A DNA stretch of 64,000 bases. It comes from Candidatus Acidiferrum sp. Its GTDB lineage: Bacteria > Chloroflexota > Dormibacteria > CF-121. The notes under the pieces were generated by a model. The model was not told the DNA's origin, ran no database searches, and saw only the letters and a list, made by a program, of their open reading frames with translations. The stretch's first letter is position 1, and the number at the start of each line of letters is the position of its first letter. The stretch covers positions 77,416 through 141,415 of the forward strand of contig DATNMH010000068.1 in NCBI GenBank assembly GCA_035602395.1. Direction: 5' to 3'. The translations under genes were made by a program, and so were the position numbers. This document shows, piece after piece, positions 1-9,002 of this stretch.

Positions 1-1129
1 GCAGCTCCCGCCAAGTCCGGCCGCCGTCGTGCGACTGCAGCATGTAGCTGTGCATCCAGCCCTGGGTCGTCGGCGGCTGCGACGGATCGGGCCGGAAGGT
101 CGGTGGCGGTCCCGTGACCTGGAACTGCTGCAGGACGTCCTTTCCAAACACGACCGGCGACTCGAGCCGAACATCGTTGGCCGCCGCCTCGGCTGGCAAC
201 GGGAGGTCGATCGGCGACCACGATTGGCCGCCATCACGGCTTACCCAAAGGAGGGCGGCCGGGGGTGTGAAGGGAATCGGCTTTCCGTTGGCGTCCCACG
301 CGTAGCTCTTGGACGCGTTCGCCGTCAGCCATCCTGTCTGGCGATCGGTGAAGGTTAGGTCGCTGCCGAGGCTTGCCCCGGCGGGGACGGACCCGACTGT
401 CGTCCAGTGGTCGCCACCATCGATCGTATGCTGGATGACCACCGAACGAGCGCTCTCACGGCCCGAAATGCGCCAGCCCTCTTGCGCCGTCAGCATAAAG
501 CCGCCCGCCAGTGACGGGTTCCGCCAATCAATCGGCCGGTCGAGCAGCTGCCAATGCGCACCTCCGTCCTGTGAACGGTAGGTCTGCTCCACCGTGTTGG
601 AGGAGCCTGGAGCTCCAGGCGTCTTGCTCGGCGGTAGCGTCGAGGGCACCAGCACGCTCAACTCGCCGTCCTTGGAGTTCCAGAAACGGAACGACCCGAG
701 TCCTGATCCATCAGGGATGCGGAACTGCTCGTGCCACGTCTTTCCGCCGTCAACCGTGTTCATCAAGACCGTTGGCCCGTTGTGCTCGTGAAGCTGGGCG
801 ATGATCCAGGCCGTGTCGGCCGAGATGAATTGCGCGTCCGCGATGAAATAGCTGGCAGCCGGTGGGTGCAGCCCCCCAACGCCAAAGGGCAACCCGGCGG
901 GCAGCGCCATCTCGCCACGGGCCACGCGCACGCCAATCGTCGCGATCCCAATAGCGAGAGCCGCCATGATAACGGCCGCCGTCTGCATGACGACGCGGCC
1001 GCGATGCGCAGCCGGTCGCGCCGGGTTGTGTGGGATCGCGCGCAGCACCCGAACCACGAGGTCAGGACTTGGCGCCTCGTAATCGGCGAGCACATCATTA
1101 CGGACCGCGGATCGTGGTGAGGGTTTCAT
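1..1129 (-). CDS. Membrane-anchored BNR/Asp-box repeat (beta-propeller) protein, anti-sigma-factor position; runs off the left edge (partial, absent from ORF track)
   Basis: Manual translation from ATG 1129, which overlaps the sigma-factor stop (ATGA): MKPSPRSAVRNDVLADYEAPSPDLVVRVL..., one TM segment (TAAVIMAALAIGIATIGV), then five Asp-box motifs TVDGGKTW, SQDGGAHW, TIDGGDHW, SRDGGQSW, SHDGGRTW; frame open to base 2. Confidence 0.85.
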   Translation of the reverse strand, partial: MKPSPRSAVRNDVLADYEAPSPDLVVRVLRAIPHNPARPAAHRGRVVMQTAAVIMAALAIGIATIGVRVARGEMALPAGLPFGVGGLHPPAASYFIADAQFISADTAWIIAQLHEHNGPTVLMNTVDGGKTWHEQFRIPDGSGLGSFRFWNSKDGELSVLVPSTLPPSKTPGAPGSSNTVEQTYRSQDGGAHWQLLDRPIDWRNPSLAGGFMLTAQEGWRISGRESARSVVIQHTIDGGDHWTTVGSVPAGASLGSDLTFTDRQTGWLTANASKSYAWDANGKPIPFTPPAALLWVSRDGGQSWSPIDLPLPAEAAANDVRLESPVVFGKDVLQQFQVTGPPPTFRPDPSQPPTTQGWMHSYMLQSHDGGRTWREL

Positions 1130-1653
1130 GTTGACTTCTCCTTGGAGGGATCGAATTCGAGTCGAAGGCGCCCAACCGCTCGATACAGGCGTGCGCGAGC
1201 CGCTCCCGTCGAGAGGCCGGCGACGGCAGCAACCTCCTCGAGTGGGAAATCGAGCCAGTAAAAGAGGTAGAGGAGCAGCCGGTCCGACCGCGACAGACGC
1301 GCAATCGTCTGGCGCAGATCCGACGCGGTCATCGCCGCCTCATCGCTCCCCTGCGGTGGTCGGACCTGATCGAATCGAAGGACCGACCACCACCGCCCCC
1401 GCTGCAGAGAGCGACATTCGTTGGCGACAATCGTCAGGTACCATGCCCGAAACCCGCCGCGTTCGTTACGGAAGCTGGCGAACTTGTTCCACGCCTTGAG
1501 GGTGGCTTCCTGGACGGCATCCTCGGCCGCCATCCGCTGGCGGAGCATGGCGAAGGCGAGCCGGTAGCCTGGTTCAACGAGAGGTGTGATCAGATCGTCG
1601 AAGCCGGTGCGTTCCGCAGCCTGGCGCGCTCGGCTGAGCTGGTCGGCCGGCAT
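1126..1653 (-). CDS. ECF (sigma-24 family) RNA polymerase sigma factor
   Basis: Region 2 AEDAVQEATLKAW...FRAWYLTIVANEC and region 4 LEEVAAVAGLSTGAARARLYRA. Confidence 0.92.
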   Translation of the reverse strand: MPADQLSRARQAAERTGFDDLITPLVEPGYRLAFAMLRQRMAAEDAVQEATLKAWNKFASFRNERGGFRAWYLTIVANECRSLQRGRWWSVLRFDQVRPPQGSDEAAMTASDLRQTIARLSRSDRLLLYLFYWLDFPLEEVAAVAGLSTGAARARLYRAVGRLRLEFDPSKEKST

Positions 1654-1725
1654 GTCAGCGGCAAGCTCGTGGTGGACGATATGTGGGCTCCTTTCTGCCG
1701 GGCAGCGCGGTGGTCCTAACTGTAT

Positions 1726-1752
1726 GACGCGCTAGCCCAGGCCCCAGTTACA
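1726..1752 (-). promoter_or_regulatory. Putative ECF-type (autoregulatory) promoter
   Basis: Minus strand TGTAAC-N17-CGTC about 75 bp upstream of the ECF gene; matches the generic ECF AAC/CGT consensus. Confidence 0.55.
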
Positions 1753-1795
1753 TTGGACGGGTCGGGTAACCCGCGGCTGCGGCGTGAGACTCCGA

Positions 1796-2326
1796 TTAGA
1801 TTCCCGTGTCGATCGGTTCGCTCGGAATGTGACCGGTGACGAGATCAGCCAGGAAGTGGCCGAGCCGGTGGGGCGCGAACTCGTCGTTTGACGCTTGGAC
1901 ATCGCTGATCGTCCACCACCGGTGTTCGCCCATGAAGGTACGCTCGAAATCATCCCAACCGCTGACATCGACATCGTGCCGTTCGACGCGGACGAGGTAG
2001 AAGCGCTCCCGTTGGCGCATCGGTTGGCCCGAGTGAGGCATCGGAAATACGTGATCTCGCACCCAGATCAGGGGACCGATCTCTGCGGCTAGGAGACCGC
2101 ATTCTTCGGCTAGTTCCCGCTGCAGGGCGGCGGTCGCGGATTCTCCGGAGGCGACGCCGCCCCCAGGCGTGATCCAGAAATATCGCGACCGGGTCTTGTC
2201 GGGGAATGCTTTGAAGAGCAGGACGCGATTGGCACGATCCAGGACGACGGCCCTGACCGCCTCGCGAATTGGGACGTCGTTGCCCTGACGATTCGGGGTC
2301 TCCACGAGCAGGAGCTTAGCGGGCAT
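1796..2326 (-). CDS. NUDIX hydrolase
   Basis: Nudix box GGGVASGESATAALQRELAEECG; start uncertain (ATG 2326 chosen). Confidence 0.9.
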   Translation of the reverse strand: MPAKLLLVETPNRQGNDVPIREAVRAVVLDRANRVLLFKAFPDKTRSRYFWITPGGGVASGESATAALQRELAEECGLLAAEIGPLIWVRDHVFPMPHSGQPMRQRERFYLVRVERHDVDVSGWDDFERTFMGEHRWWTISDVQASNDEFAPHRLGHFLADLVTGHIPSEPIDTGI

Positions 2327-2339
2327 AATCCCGAAACGA

Positions 2340-3995
2340 GTGGCTGACGCTGATGTGATCGTGGTGGGGGCAGGCCTCGCCGGGCTGGTGGCGACCGCCG
2401 ACCTTGCCGATGCGGGTCGCCGCGTCATTTTGCTCGAGCAGGAACCGGAGCCCTGGTTGGGTGGTCAGGCCTTCTGGTCTTTTGGCGGTCTCTTCTTTAT
2501 CAACTCCCCAGAGCAGCGGCGGCTCGGCGTCCGCGACTCTCGTGAGCTGGCAACCAAGGACTGGATGGCCACCGCCGGGTTCGACCGACAGGAGGACAGC
2601 TGGCCAAAGAAGTGGGCCGCAGCGTATCTCGCGTTTGCGGCTGGCGAAAAACGATCGTGGTTACACGCACAGGGTGTTCGATTCTTCCCCATCGTGGGCT
2701 GGGCGGAGCGGCGCGCCGATCCGGCCGCTGGTCCTGGTAATTCTGTCCCACGCTTTCACGTCACCTGGGGCACCGGCCCCGGCGTCGTGGCTCCCTTCGA
2801 GCGGCGGGTGCGCGAGGCCGTGGCTCGCGGCCGGGTCGTCGTGAAGTTCCGACATCGCGTCTGCGGCTTGACGTCTCGTGGCGGCGCCATCGATGGCGTC
2901 CGTGGTGCGGTGCTCGAGGCGAGCTCCATGGAACGGGGGAGACCCAGCTCGCGGGTCGAGATCGGGGAGTTCGAGCTTCGTGCGCAGGCGGTCATCGTGA
3001 CGTCGGGAGGCATCGGCGGCAATCACGACCTGGTTCGGGCGGCCTGGCCCGCGCGGCTTGGGACGCCGCCCCGCCAGATGCTGACCGGCGTGCCGGCCCA
3101 CGTCGACGGCCGCATGCTCGCGGTCACTGAGGCCGCCGGCGGATCAGTGATCAACCGCGATCGCATGTGGCACTACGTCGAGGGCATCCAAAACTGGAAC
3201 CCAATCTGGCCCAGGCATGGCATTCGGATCCTGCCAGGACCGTCGTCGATGTGGTTCGATGCCGTCGGCAATCGCCTGCCGGCGCCCCTGTTTCCTGGCT
3301 TCGACACGCTGGGGACACTGGCGCACCTGCGCACGACCGGGTACGACTATTCCTGGTTCGTGCTGACGCAGCGCGTCATCAAGCGGGAATTCGCACTCTC
3401 CGGGTCCGAGCAAAATCCCGACCTGACCAATAAGGACATCGGACTGCTCCTGCAACGGGTGGTTTCGAAGTCCGGACCTACGCCGGTTGAGGCGTTCAAA
3501 CAACACGGCGCTGACTTCGTCGTGGCCAACAACCTCGGCGATCTCGTCCGCGGCATGAACGCCCTGACGGACCAGCCGCTCCTCGACGCCGCCAAGCTCG
3601 AGCACGAGATCGCCACCCGCGATCAGGCGATCGTCAGCACTGCGACCGAAGACGCGCAGATCCAGGCGATTCGAACGGCCCGGGGTTACCTTGGAGACCG
3701 GTTGATTCGTGTCGCACAGCCGCATCGTTTACTCGATCCAGCCGCCGGGCCGTTGATCGCCGTCCGCCTCCACATCCTGACTCGCAAGACGCTCGGTGGG
3801 CTTCAGACCGACCTTTTCGGACGCGTGCTCGGATCTGACGGGTCTCCGCTGCCCGGCCTCTACGCCGCTGGGGAAGTGGCTGGCTTCGGGGGAGGGGGGA
3901 TGCACGGATACCGATCGCTCGAGGGAACGTTCCTCGGCGGCTGCCTGTTTTCCGGGCGCACTGCCGGGCGGGCTGCCGCGGCCGCTGTCGCCTAG
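2340..3995 (+). CDS. FAD-dependent oxidoreductase (FAD_binding_2 / KsdD-like dehydrogenase family)
   Basis: VIVVGAGLAGLVA dinucleotide-binding motif; C-terminal TLGGLQTD...GLYAAGEVAGFGGGG...LEGTFLGGCLFSGR. Confidence 0.88.
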   Translation: MADADVIVVGAGLAGLVATADLADAGRRVILLEQEPEPWLGGQAFWSFGGLFFINSPEQRRLGVRDSRELATKDWMATAGFDRQEDSWPKKWAAAYLAFAAGEKRSWLHAQGVRFFPIVGWAERRADPAAGPGNSVPRFHVTWGTGPGVVAPFERRVREAVARGRVVVKFRHRVCGLTSRGGAIDGVRGAVLEASSMERGRPSSRVEIGEFELRAQAVIVTSGGIGGNHDLVRAAWPARLGTPPRQMLTGVPAHVDGRMLAVTEAAGGSVINRDRMWHYVEGIQNWNPIWPRHGIRILPGPSSMWFDAVGNRLPAPLFPGFDTLGTLAHLRTTGYDYSWFVLTQRVIKREFALSGSEQNPDLTNKDIGLLLQRVVSKSGPTPVEAFKQHGADFVVANNLGDLVRGMNALTDQPLLDAAKLEHEIATRDQAIVSTATEDAQIQAIRTARGYLGDRLIRVAQPHRLLDPAAGPLIAVRLHILTRKTLGGLQTDLFGRVLGSDGSPLPGLYAAGEVAGFGGGGMHGYRSLEGTFLGGCLFSGRTAGRAAAAAVA

Positions 3996-4015
3996 GGCTG
4001 AGATACGATTTCGCG

Positions 4016-4762
4016 GTGGCCACCACCGAGCTATCGGCATATCCTGGGGATGGTTTCGAACCTCGGCTGATCGAGCGCTTCGTGAGCCTTCGCGACAAGC
4101 GTGTCCTTGAGATTGGCTGCGGAGACGGACGGCTGACGTTCCAGTACGCGCCGCACGCGTCGTCGGTCCTCGCGATCGATCCCGATCGACCCAGTATTGA
4201 CGAGGCGCGTTTTCAACAGCGTGCCGGTGGCGCGTCCAACATCGACTTTCGCTTGGGCTCGATCGAGCGCCTACCGCATCCGGGTGCCCCGTTTGATGTG
4301 GCTTTGTTTACCTGGTCGCTTTGATGAATCGCGCTCAGGGGCATGGTCTATGCCCTCCGGCGAGCGGGTAGCTACCTCCGACGCGGAGGCACGCTCATTA
4401 GCATTCGACCGCACCGCACCTGGCGGCCGACAATCGCCATCGTCGCTGGCACGCGCCGGGTGCCTGTTACAACGCTGCTTAACACGGCCTTCCAAGTCAA
4501 CCTGGACGCCGCCGAATCGGCTCTCGAACGGGTTGTCGATGAAGGCTCGTTTGCCTTATATGGGGTGCGGGCGGCCCGGTACCGCATCTACCTGGCTCGG
4601 CCTTCGCAGATGCGGACCTACCTCGAATTGATCAACCCCCCACGTCCGCGATTTCCTCGAGGTGCCCGTGCCAGACTTGACATGATGTGGGACTCGGCGC
4701 ACCGAGGTGCCCGCATCGAAGTGACGGAGTCGCTCATGGTGAACGCACTGCGTCGCCACTAG
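4016..4762 (+). CDS. Class I SAM-dependent methyltransferase with two tandem in-frame UGA codons (candidate Sec-Sec selenoprotein)
   Basis: ORFs 4016-4324 and 4343-4762 are in one frame, separated only by TGA TGA (4322-4327) ATC GCG CTC AGG GGC; motif I VLEIGCGDG, then FDVALFTWSL**IALRGMVYALRRAGSYLRRGG, continuous methyltransferase fold. Confidence 0.8.
4332..4366 (+). promoter_or_regulatory. Putative bacterial SECIS element
   Basis: CGCTC(4332-36)/GAGCG(4362-66) lower stem, GGGCAT(4339-44)/ATGCCC(4350-55) upper stem, apical loop GGTCT(4345-49) starting 20 and 17 nt after the two UGAs; same loop sequence as the E. coli fdhF SECIS. Confidence 0.7.
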
Positions 4763-4772
4763 GGTTGGGAGG

Positions 4773-5501
4773 ATGGCGTTGCCAATGCCTATGGTCAGGC
4801 GGATCGATTTCGGGTACTTCGTGCGACCCGCGCAGGAAACCGGCACCGGCAGGCCTCGCGTCGAGGGTGTGCTGGGCTACGTGATCGAGCATTCGACCGG
4901 CCTGCTTCTGTTCGATACCGGGCTTGGGGAGGGGGACGCCGAGGCCGACGCGCATTACCGACCGGTGCGCTGTCCACTGCCCGACGCAATGCGCGCGGCC
5001 GGGCTTTCGGTCGATGACGTCCGCTGGGTGGCCAACTGTCATCTGCACTTCGATCATTGCGGCGGCAACCCGGCGCTCGTCGGCCGTCCGATCTTCGTTC
5101 AGTCGCGCGAACTGCAGCAGGCTCGCACGGCCCTGGACTACACGCTGCCGCACCTCATCGACTTCAGCGGCGCCGATTATCGCCAGCTCGATGGCGAGAC
5201 AGAGATCCTGCCCGATGTTCTTGTAATTCCAACCCCAGGGCATACCGACGGCCACCAGGCGATCGCGGTTCGGTCCAGTGACGGCACCGTGATTCTCGCC
5301 GGCCAGGCACACAACACCGCGTTCGACTATGCGGCCGACCAGCTAGCCTGGCGCGCGCGTCAGGAGGGGCGCGTCGACGATCCCGCGCTAAGCTACCGGC
5401 CCTGGATCGAGCGGCTTCAACAGCTCGATCCGTCCCGGATCGTGTTTGCCCACGATTACGCCGTGTGGGAGCCGGCAACCGGTCGCTTGACGAAGACGTA
5501 A
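4773..5501 (+). CDS. Metallo-beta-lactamase fold hydrolase, N-acyl-homoserine lactonase-like
   Basis: LLFDTG, HLHFDHCGGN, TPGHTDGHQ motifs. Confidence 0.85.
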   Translation: MALPMPMVRRIDFGYFVRPAQETGTGRPRVEGVLGYVIEHSTGLLLFDTGLGEGDAEADAHYRPVRCPLPDAMRAAGLSVDDVRWVANCHLHFDHCGGNPALVGRPIFVQSRELQQARTALDYTLPHLIDFSGADYRQLDGETEILPDVLVIPTPGHTDGHQAIAVRSSDGTVILAGQAHNTAFDYAADQLAWRARQEGRVDDPALSYRPWIERLQQLDPSRIVFAHDYAVWEPATGRLTKT

Positions 5502-5516
5502 GCATCCTTCGCCAGC

Positions 5517-5536
5517 TCGACCTTCGTCGATTTCTT
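5517..5536 (+). terminator. Possible intrinsic terminator
   Basis: TCGAC-CTTC-GTCGA hairpin followed by TTTCTT between convergent genes. Confidence 0.4.
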
Positions 5537-5547
5537 GGCGGCAGTAA

Positions 5548-6924
5548 TTAGAGGACCAGCGCCATCGGGCTCTGCAGCAGGCGCTTGACTTCCTGCAGGA
5601 ATTGCGCCGCCGTCACCCCGTAGAAGACCCGATGGTCGACCGATAGCGTGATGCGCATTCGCTTGCCCGGCACCACCTGGCCATCCTTGACGACGGCTTT
5701 GTCCTCGATCGAGCCGATCGCGAGGATCCCCGAGTCGGGCGGGTTGATGATGGCGGTGAACTGGTCGACGTCATACATGCCGAGATTCGAAATGCTGAAG
5801 GTGTTGCCGACATAATCCTGCGCCGCAGCCTTGTTGGCGCGGGCCCGTTCGATCAGCTGCTTGGACTCCGTGGCGATCTCTTTCAGCGATTTCTGATCGG
5901 CGTTGCGCAGCACCGGGACGATCAGGCGATCGGGAAGGCCGACGGCAATCCCGATGTTGATATCGCGTTTGCGCTCGATGTGGCCGTCGGCCCAGGAGGC
6001 GTTGACCTCGGGGAACTTTGTCAGCGCCTGCGCCACCGCCTTGACGATCAGGTCGTTGATGCTGATCGACTCTGACTTGTCGACCGCCTCGTTGAACATC
6101 TGGCGGAGGCGGACGGCGTCATCCATGGCGATCTCCGATGTCACGTAGAAATGCGGCGCCGAGAACTTGCTTTGCACCAGCCGCATCGCGACGGTCGACT
6201 GGAGCTTGGTGAGCTCGACGACCTCGACCTCGCCGGTCGGCCGGGCGGTTGCCTGCCGCGTGGGCGCGACGGTGCCCGTCGCCGCGGGCCGCGCCTGGCC
6301 CTTTTGCTGGGCGGCAGCCTCGACATCTTCTTTGGTGATCCGTCCACCGGGGCCGGTGCCCTCGACGCGGCGCAGATCGACGCCGTGTTCTTCGGCGAGG
6401 CGCCGGGCGACGGGGGAGACCCGTTGGCGCTCACCGTCCTCCTGCACGGCGGGACGGCGAATCACGTTGAGGGCAGCCTGCGCCGCCGCGCCGACTTCGG
6501 TCCGGTCGTCCGGTCCGCCGTGCGGGTATTGTTCGCCACCGGCATCGGCCGCCGTCTGAGCGGCAGCCGCCACCGCCCGATCCGCCTGCGCCAAATGGGC
6601 CGCAGGCGTGGTGGCTTGTGGCTTTGGCGCTTCCACCGTGGCCGGCGCCTCGCCCTGCGGCGCCGCCTTCGGGGTCGATGGTGTCGAGGCGCCATCGCCG
6701 ATCTGGGCGATGACGGCGCCGATCGGCGCGCTTTCGCCCTCGGCGACAACGATCTTGCTCAGCTTTCCTGAGGCGTAGGCTTCGACCTCGATGTTGGCCT
6801 TATCGCTCTCGATCTCGACCAGCGGCTCACCCTTCTTGACGTCCTCGCCTTCTTTCTTGAGCCAGCGCAGGATCTTGCCGGTCTCCATCGAGTCCGACAG
6901 GCGCGGCATCTGAACGTCGGCCAT
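5548..6924 (-). CDS. pdhC: Pyruvate dehydrogenase E2, dihydrolipoamide acetyltransferase
   Basis: Lipoyl domain (EIESDKANIEV), E3-binding domain (VSPVARRLAEEHGVDL...GTGPGGRITKEDV), catalytic domain ending DHRVFYG. Confidence 0.93.
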   Translation of the reverse strand: MADVQMPRLSDSMETGKILRWLKKEGEDVKKGEPLVEIESDKANIEVEAYASGKLSKIVVAEGESAPIGAVIAQIGDGASTPSTPKAAPQGEAPATVEAPKPQATTPAAHLAQADRAVAAAAQTAADAGGEQYPHGGPDDRTEVGAAAQAALNVIRRPAVQEDGERQRVSPVARRLAEEHGVDLRRVEGTGPGGRITKEDVEAAAQQKGQARPAATGTVAPTRQATARPTGEVEVVELTKLQSTVAMRLVQSKFSAPHFYVTSEIAMDDAVRLRQMFNEAVDKSESISINDLIVKAVAQALTKFPEVNASWADGHIERKRDINIGIAVGLPDRLIVPVLRNADQKSLKEIATESKQLIERARANKAAAQDYVGNTFSISNLGMYDVDQFTAIINPPDSGILAIGSIEDKAVVKDGQVVPGKRMRITLSVDHRVFYGVTAAQFLQEVKRLLQSPMALVL

Positions 6925-6927
6925 GGT

Positions 6928-7908
6928 CTAGTTCTTTCCGAGCAGGGCTTTCGCGGTGACGATCACGTCAGCCTTGCCGGGGAAGGCGATCTTCTCCAGC
7001 CGCTTGTTGTACGGCGCCGGCACCTCGGCGGCGCCGATCCGGGCCACGGGGGCATCGAGGTAATCGAAGGCCTCCTCGTAGACGCGGGAGGCGATCTCGG
7101 AGCCGACGCCGTAGGAGCGCCATCCCTCCTCGACGGTGATCAACCGGCTGGTCTTCTTGACCGACTCGATCACCGGCGCCATGTCGAGCGGGCGCAGCGC
7201 GCGCATGTCGACGACCTCGGCGCTGATGCCTTCCTTCTCGAGTTCGGTGGCCGCGTCCATCGCGACGATCAGCATGCGCGAGTGCGCGCAGATCGTGATC
7301 TGCTCGCCGGGTCGCTTCACCTCGTTCTTGTCGAGTGGCACGAGGTACTCGCCGTCGGGAACCTCGCCCTTGACCGCGTAGGTGCCTTCGTTCTCGATGA
7401 ACATGACGGGATTGTCGTCCCGGATGGCGGACTTCAGCATGCCCTTGGCGTCGGCCGGGGTTCCCGGTGCGACGACCTTGAGCCCGGGTACGTGGGCGAA
7501 CCAGTTCTCGTGACTATGTGAGTGCTGTGCGCCTAACTGGTGCCCACCGCCGCCCGGGGTGCGGATCACCAGCGGTACCTTCGTTCCGCCGCCGAACATG
7601 TAGCGGATGTGCGCCGCGGCGTTGACCACCTGGTCCATCGCCACCATGATGAAGTTGACCGTCATCATCTCTGCGACCGGCCTAAGTCCCGACATGGCGG
7701 CGCCGATGGCGGTGCCAATGATGATCTCCTCCGCGATCGGCGTGTCGAGCACGCGCCTCTCGCCGAACTCCTTCATCAAGCCGCGGGTGACCTTGAATGA
7801 TCCGTCGTAGAGTCCGATGTCCTCGCCGAGGAGGAACACCGACTTATCGCGCTTCATCTCCTCGCGGAGCGCCTGGTTGAGGGCGTCGCGCATGGCAAGA
7901 ACGGCCAT
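6928..7908 (-). CDS. pdhB: Pyruvate dehydrogenase E1 beta subunit
   Basis: True start ATG 7908 (MAVLAMRDALNQALREEM); LDTPIAE, GAQHSHS, DMRALRPLD motifs. Confidence 0.93.
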   Translation of the reverse strand: MAVLAMRDALNQALREEMKRDKSVFLLGEDIGLYDGSFKVTRGLMKEFGERRVLDTPIAEEIIIGTAIGAAMSGLRPVAEMMTVNFIMVAMDQVVNAAAHIRYMFGGGTKVPLVIRTPGGGGHQLGAQHSHSHENWFAHVPGLKVVAPGTPADAKGMLKSAIRDDNPVMFIENEGTYAVKGEVPDGEYLVPLDKNEVKRPGEQITICAHSRMLIVAMDAATELEKEGISAEVVDMRALRPLDMAPVIESVKKTSRLITVEEGWRSYGVGSEIASRVYEEAFDYLDAPVARIGAAEVPAPYNKRLEKIAFPGKADVIVTAKALLGKN

Positions 7909-8924
7909 CAGCTCGCCACCTCGTCCGCGTAGACGTCGCGGTAGAGGTCCTTCGGATCGGGCTCGGGACTCTCCTCGGCGAACTTCACCGCTGTCTCGAC
8001 CTGCGCGGTGATCTCCTCGTCGATCTTCTGGATCTCCTTGTTGTCGAGCATCTTCTGCGTCTTCAAATGCTCGGCGAGGCTGAGGATGCCGTCGCGCGCC
8101 TGCCACTCCTTGACCTCGTCCTTGCCCCGGTAGGTGTCGGGGTCGGACATGGAGTGGCCGCGGTACCGATAGGTGACACACTCCAGCAGGCTGGGCTCGT
8201 GCTTCTCCCGCGCTTGCGCCACCAGCTGATCGGTGATGCGGCGCACCGCCAGCACGTCCATGCCGTCGACCCGCTCGCCCGTCATGTCGTAGGCGCAGGC
8301 TTTTTTCCAGATCTCGGTCACCGCGGACGCGCGGCTGACGGCCGTGCCCATTCCGTAAAGGTTGTTGACGCAGACGAACACGATCGGCAGATGCCACAGC
8401 TTGGCGACGTTGAGCGATTCGTGGAAGGCGCCAATGTTGGTGGCGCCGTCCCCGAAGATGCTCATCACCACTTCGTCTTTTTCCTCGTAATTGATGGCGT
8501 AGGCGCTGCCGCAGGCGATCGGGAGGGCCTGGCCGACGATGGCATAGCCGCCGTAAAAACGATGTTCCTGGCTGAAGAGGTGCATCGACCCGCCCCGGCC
8601 GTGCGAGGTGCCGGTCTCCTTACCGAAGAGTTCGGCCATCACGGCGTTGGGGTCGACCCCCTTGGCGATGGCGTGGCCGTGCTCGCGATAGGTGCTGTAG
8701 ACATAGTCCTTCGGGCGCAGGGCCGAGATCGTGCCGACGATGGTCGCCTCTTCGCCGATGTTCAGGTGGCAGAACCCGCCGATCTTGGCCGCCTGGTACA
8801 TCTCCGCCGTTTTCTCTTCGAAGCGGCGGATGAGCAGCATCTCCCGATAGAGCGTCAGAAGGCTGGCTTTATCCGTCAGCGGGTCCTTCGATGGGCTGCT
8901 GGCGGGGCGCTGTTCGACCTTCAT
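7908..8924 (-). CDS. pdhA: Pyruvate dehydrogenase E1 alpha subunit
   Basis: IGGFCHLNIGEEA, YREHGH, GRGGSMH, TPP motif GDGA...N, YRYRGHSMSDP. Confidence 0.95.
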   Translation of the reverse strand: MKVEQRPASSPSKDPLTDKASLLTLYREMLLIRRFEEKTAEMYQAAKIGGFCHLNIGEEATIVGTISALRPKDYVYSTYREHGHAIAKGVDPNAVMAELFGKETGTSHGRGGSMHLFSQEHRFYGGYAIVGQALPIACGSAYAINYEEKDEVVMSIFGDGATNIGAFHESLNVAKLWHLPIVFVCVNNLYGMGTAVSRASAVTEIWKKACAYDMTGERVDGMDVLAVRRITDQLVAQAREKHEPSLLECVTYRYRGHSMSDPDTYRGKDEVKEWQARDGILSLAEHLKTQKMLDNKEIQKIDEEITAQVETAVKFAEESPEPDPKDLYRDVYADEVAS

Positions 8925-8972
8925 GATGTCTCCTGGAATGGAAATGGCCGGGACCGGTGCGAAATCGGTTCT

Positions 8973-8996
8973 ATTGTACCTATAGATAATTTCTAT
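8973..8996 (-). promoter_or_regulatory. pdhA promoter -10 (TACAAT) with adjacent LysR-type palindrome ATAG-N7-CTAT
   Basis: Minus-strand TACAAT at 8978-8973; ATAGATAATTTCTAT at 8982-8996 in an AT-rich patch. Confidence 0.45.
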
Positions 8997-9002
8997 GGAT
9001 CG

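Noticed and set aside
4322-4327. UGA reassigned to Trp/Gly (genetic code 4/25), or a simple pseudogene
   Set aside because: Many intact genes in the window end in TGA (e.g. 11722, 17716, 24980, 54021), so UGA is a stop genome-wide. A pseudogene remains possible but does not explain two adjacent UGAs plus a SECIS-like hairpin.
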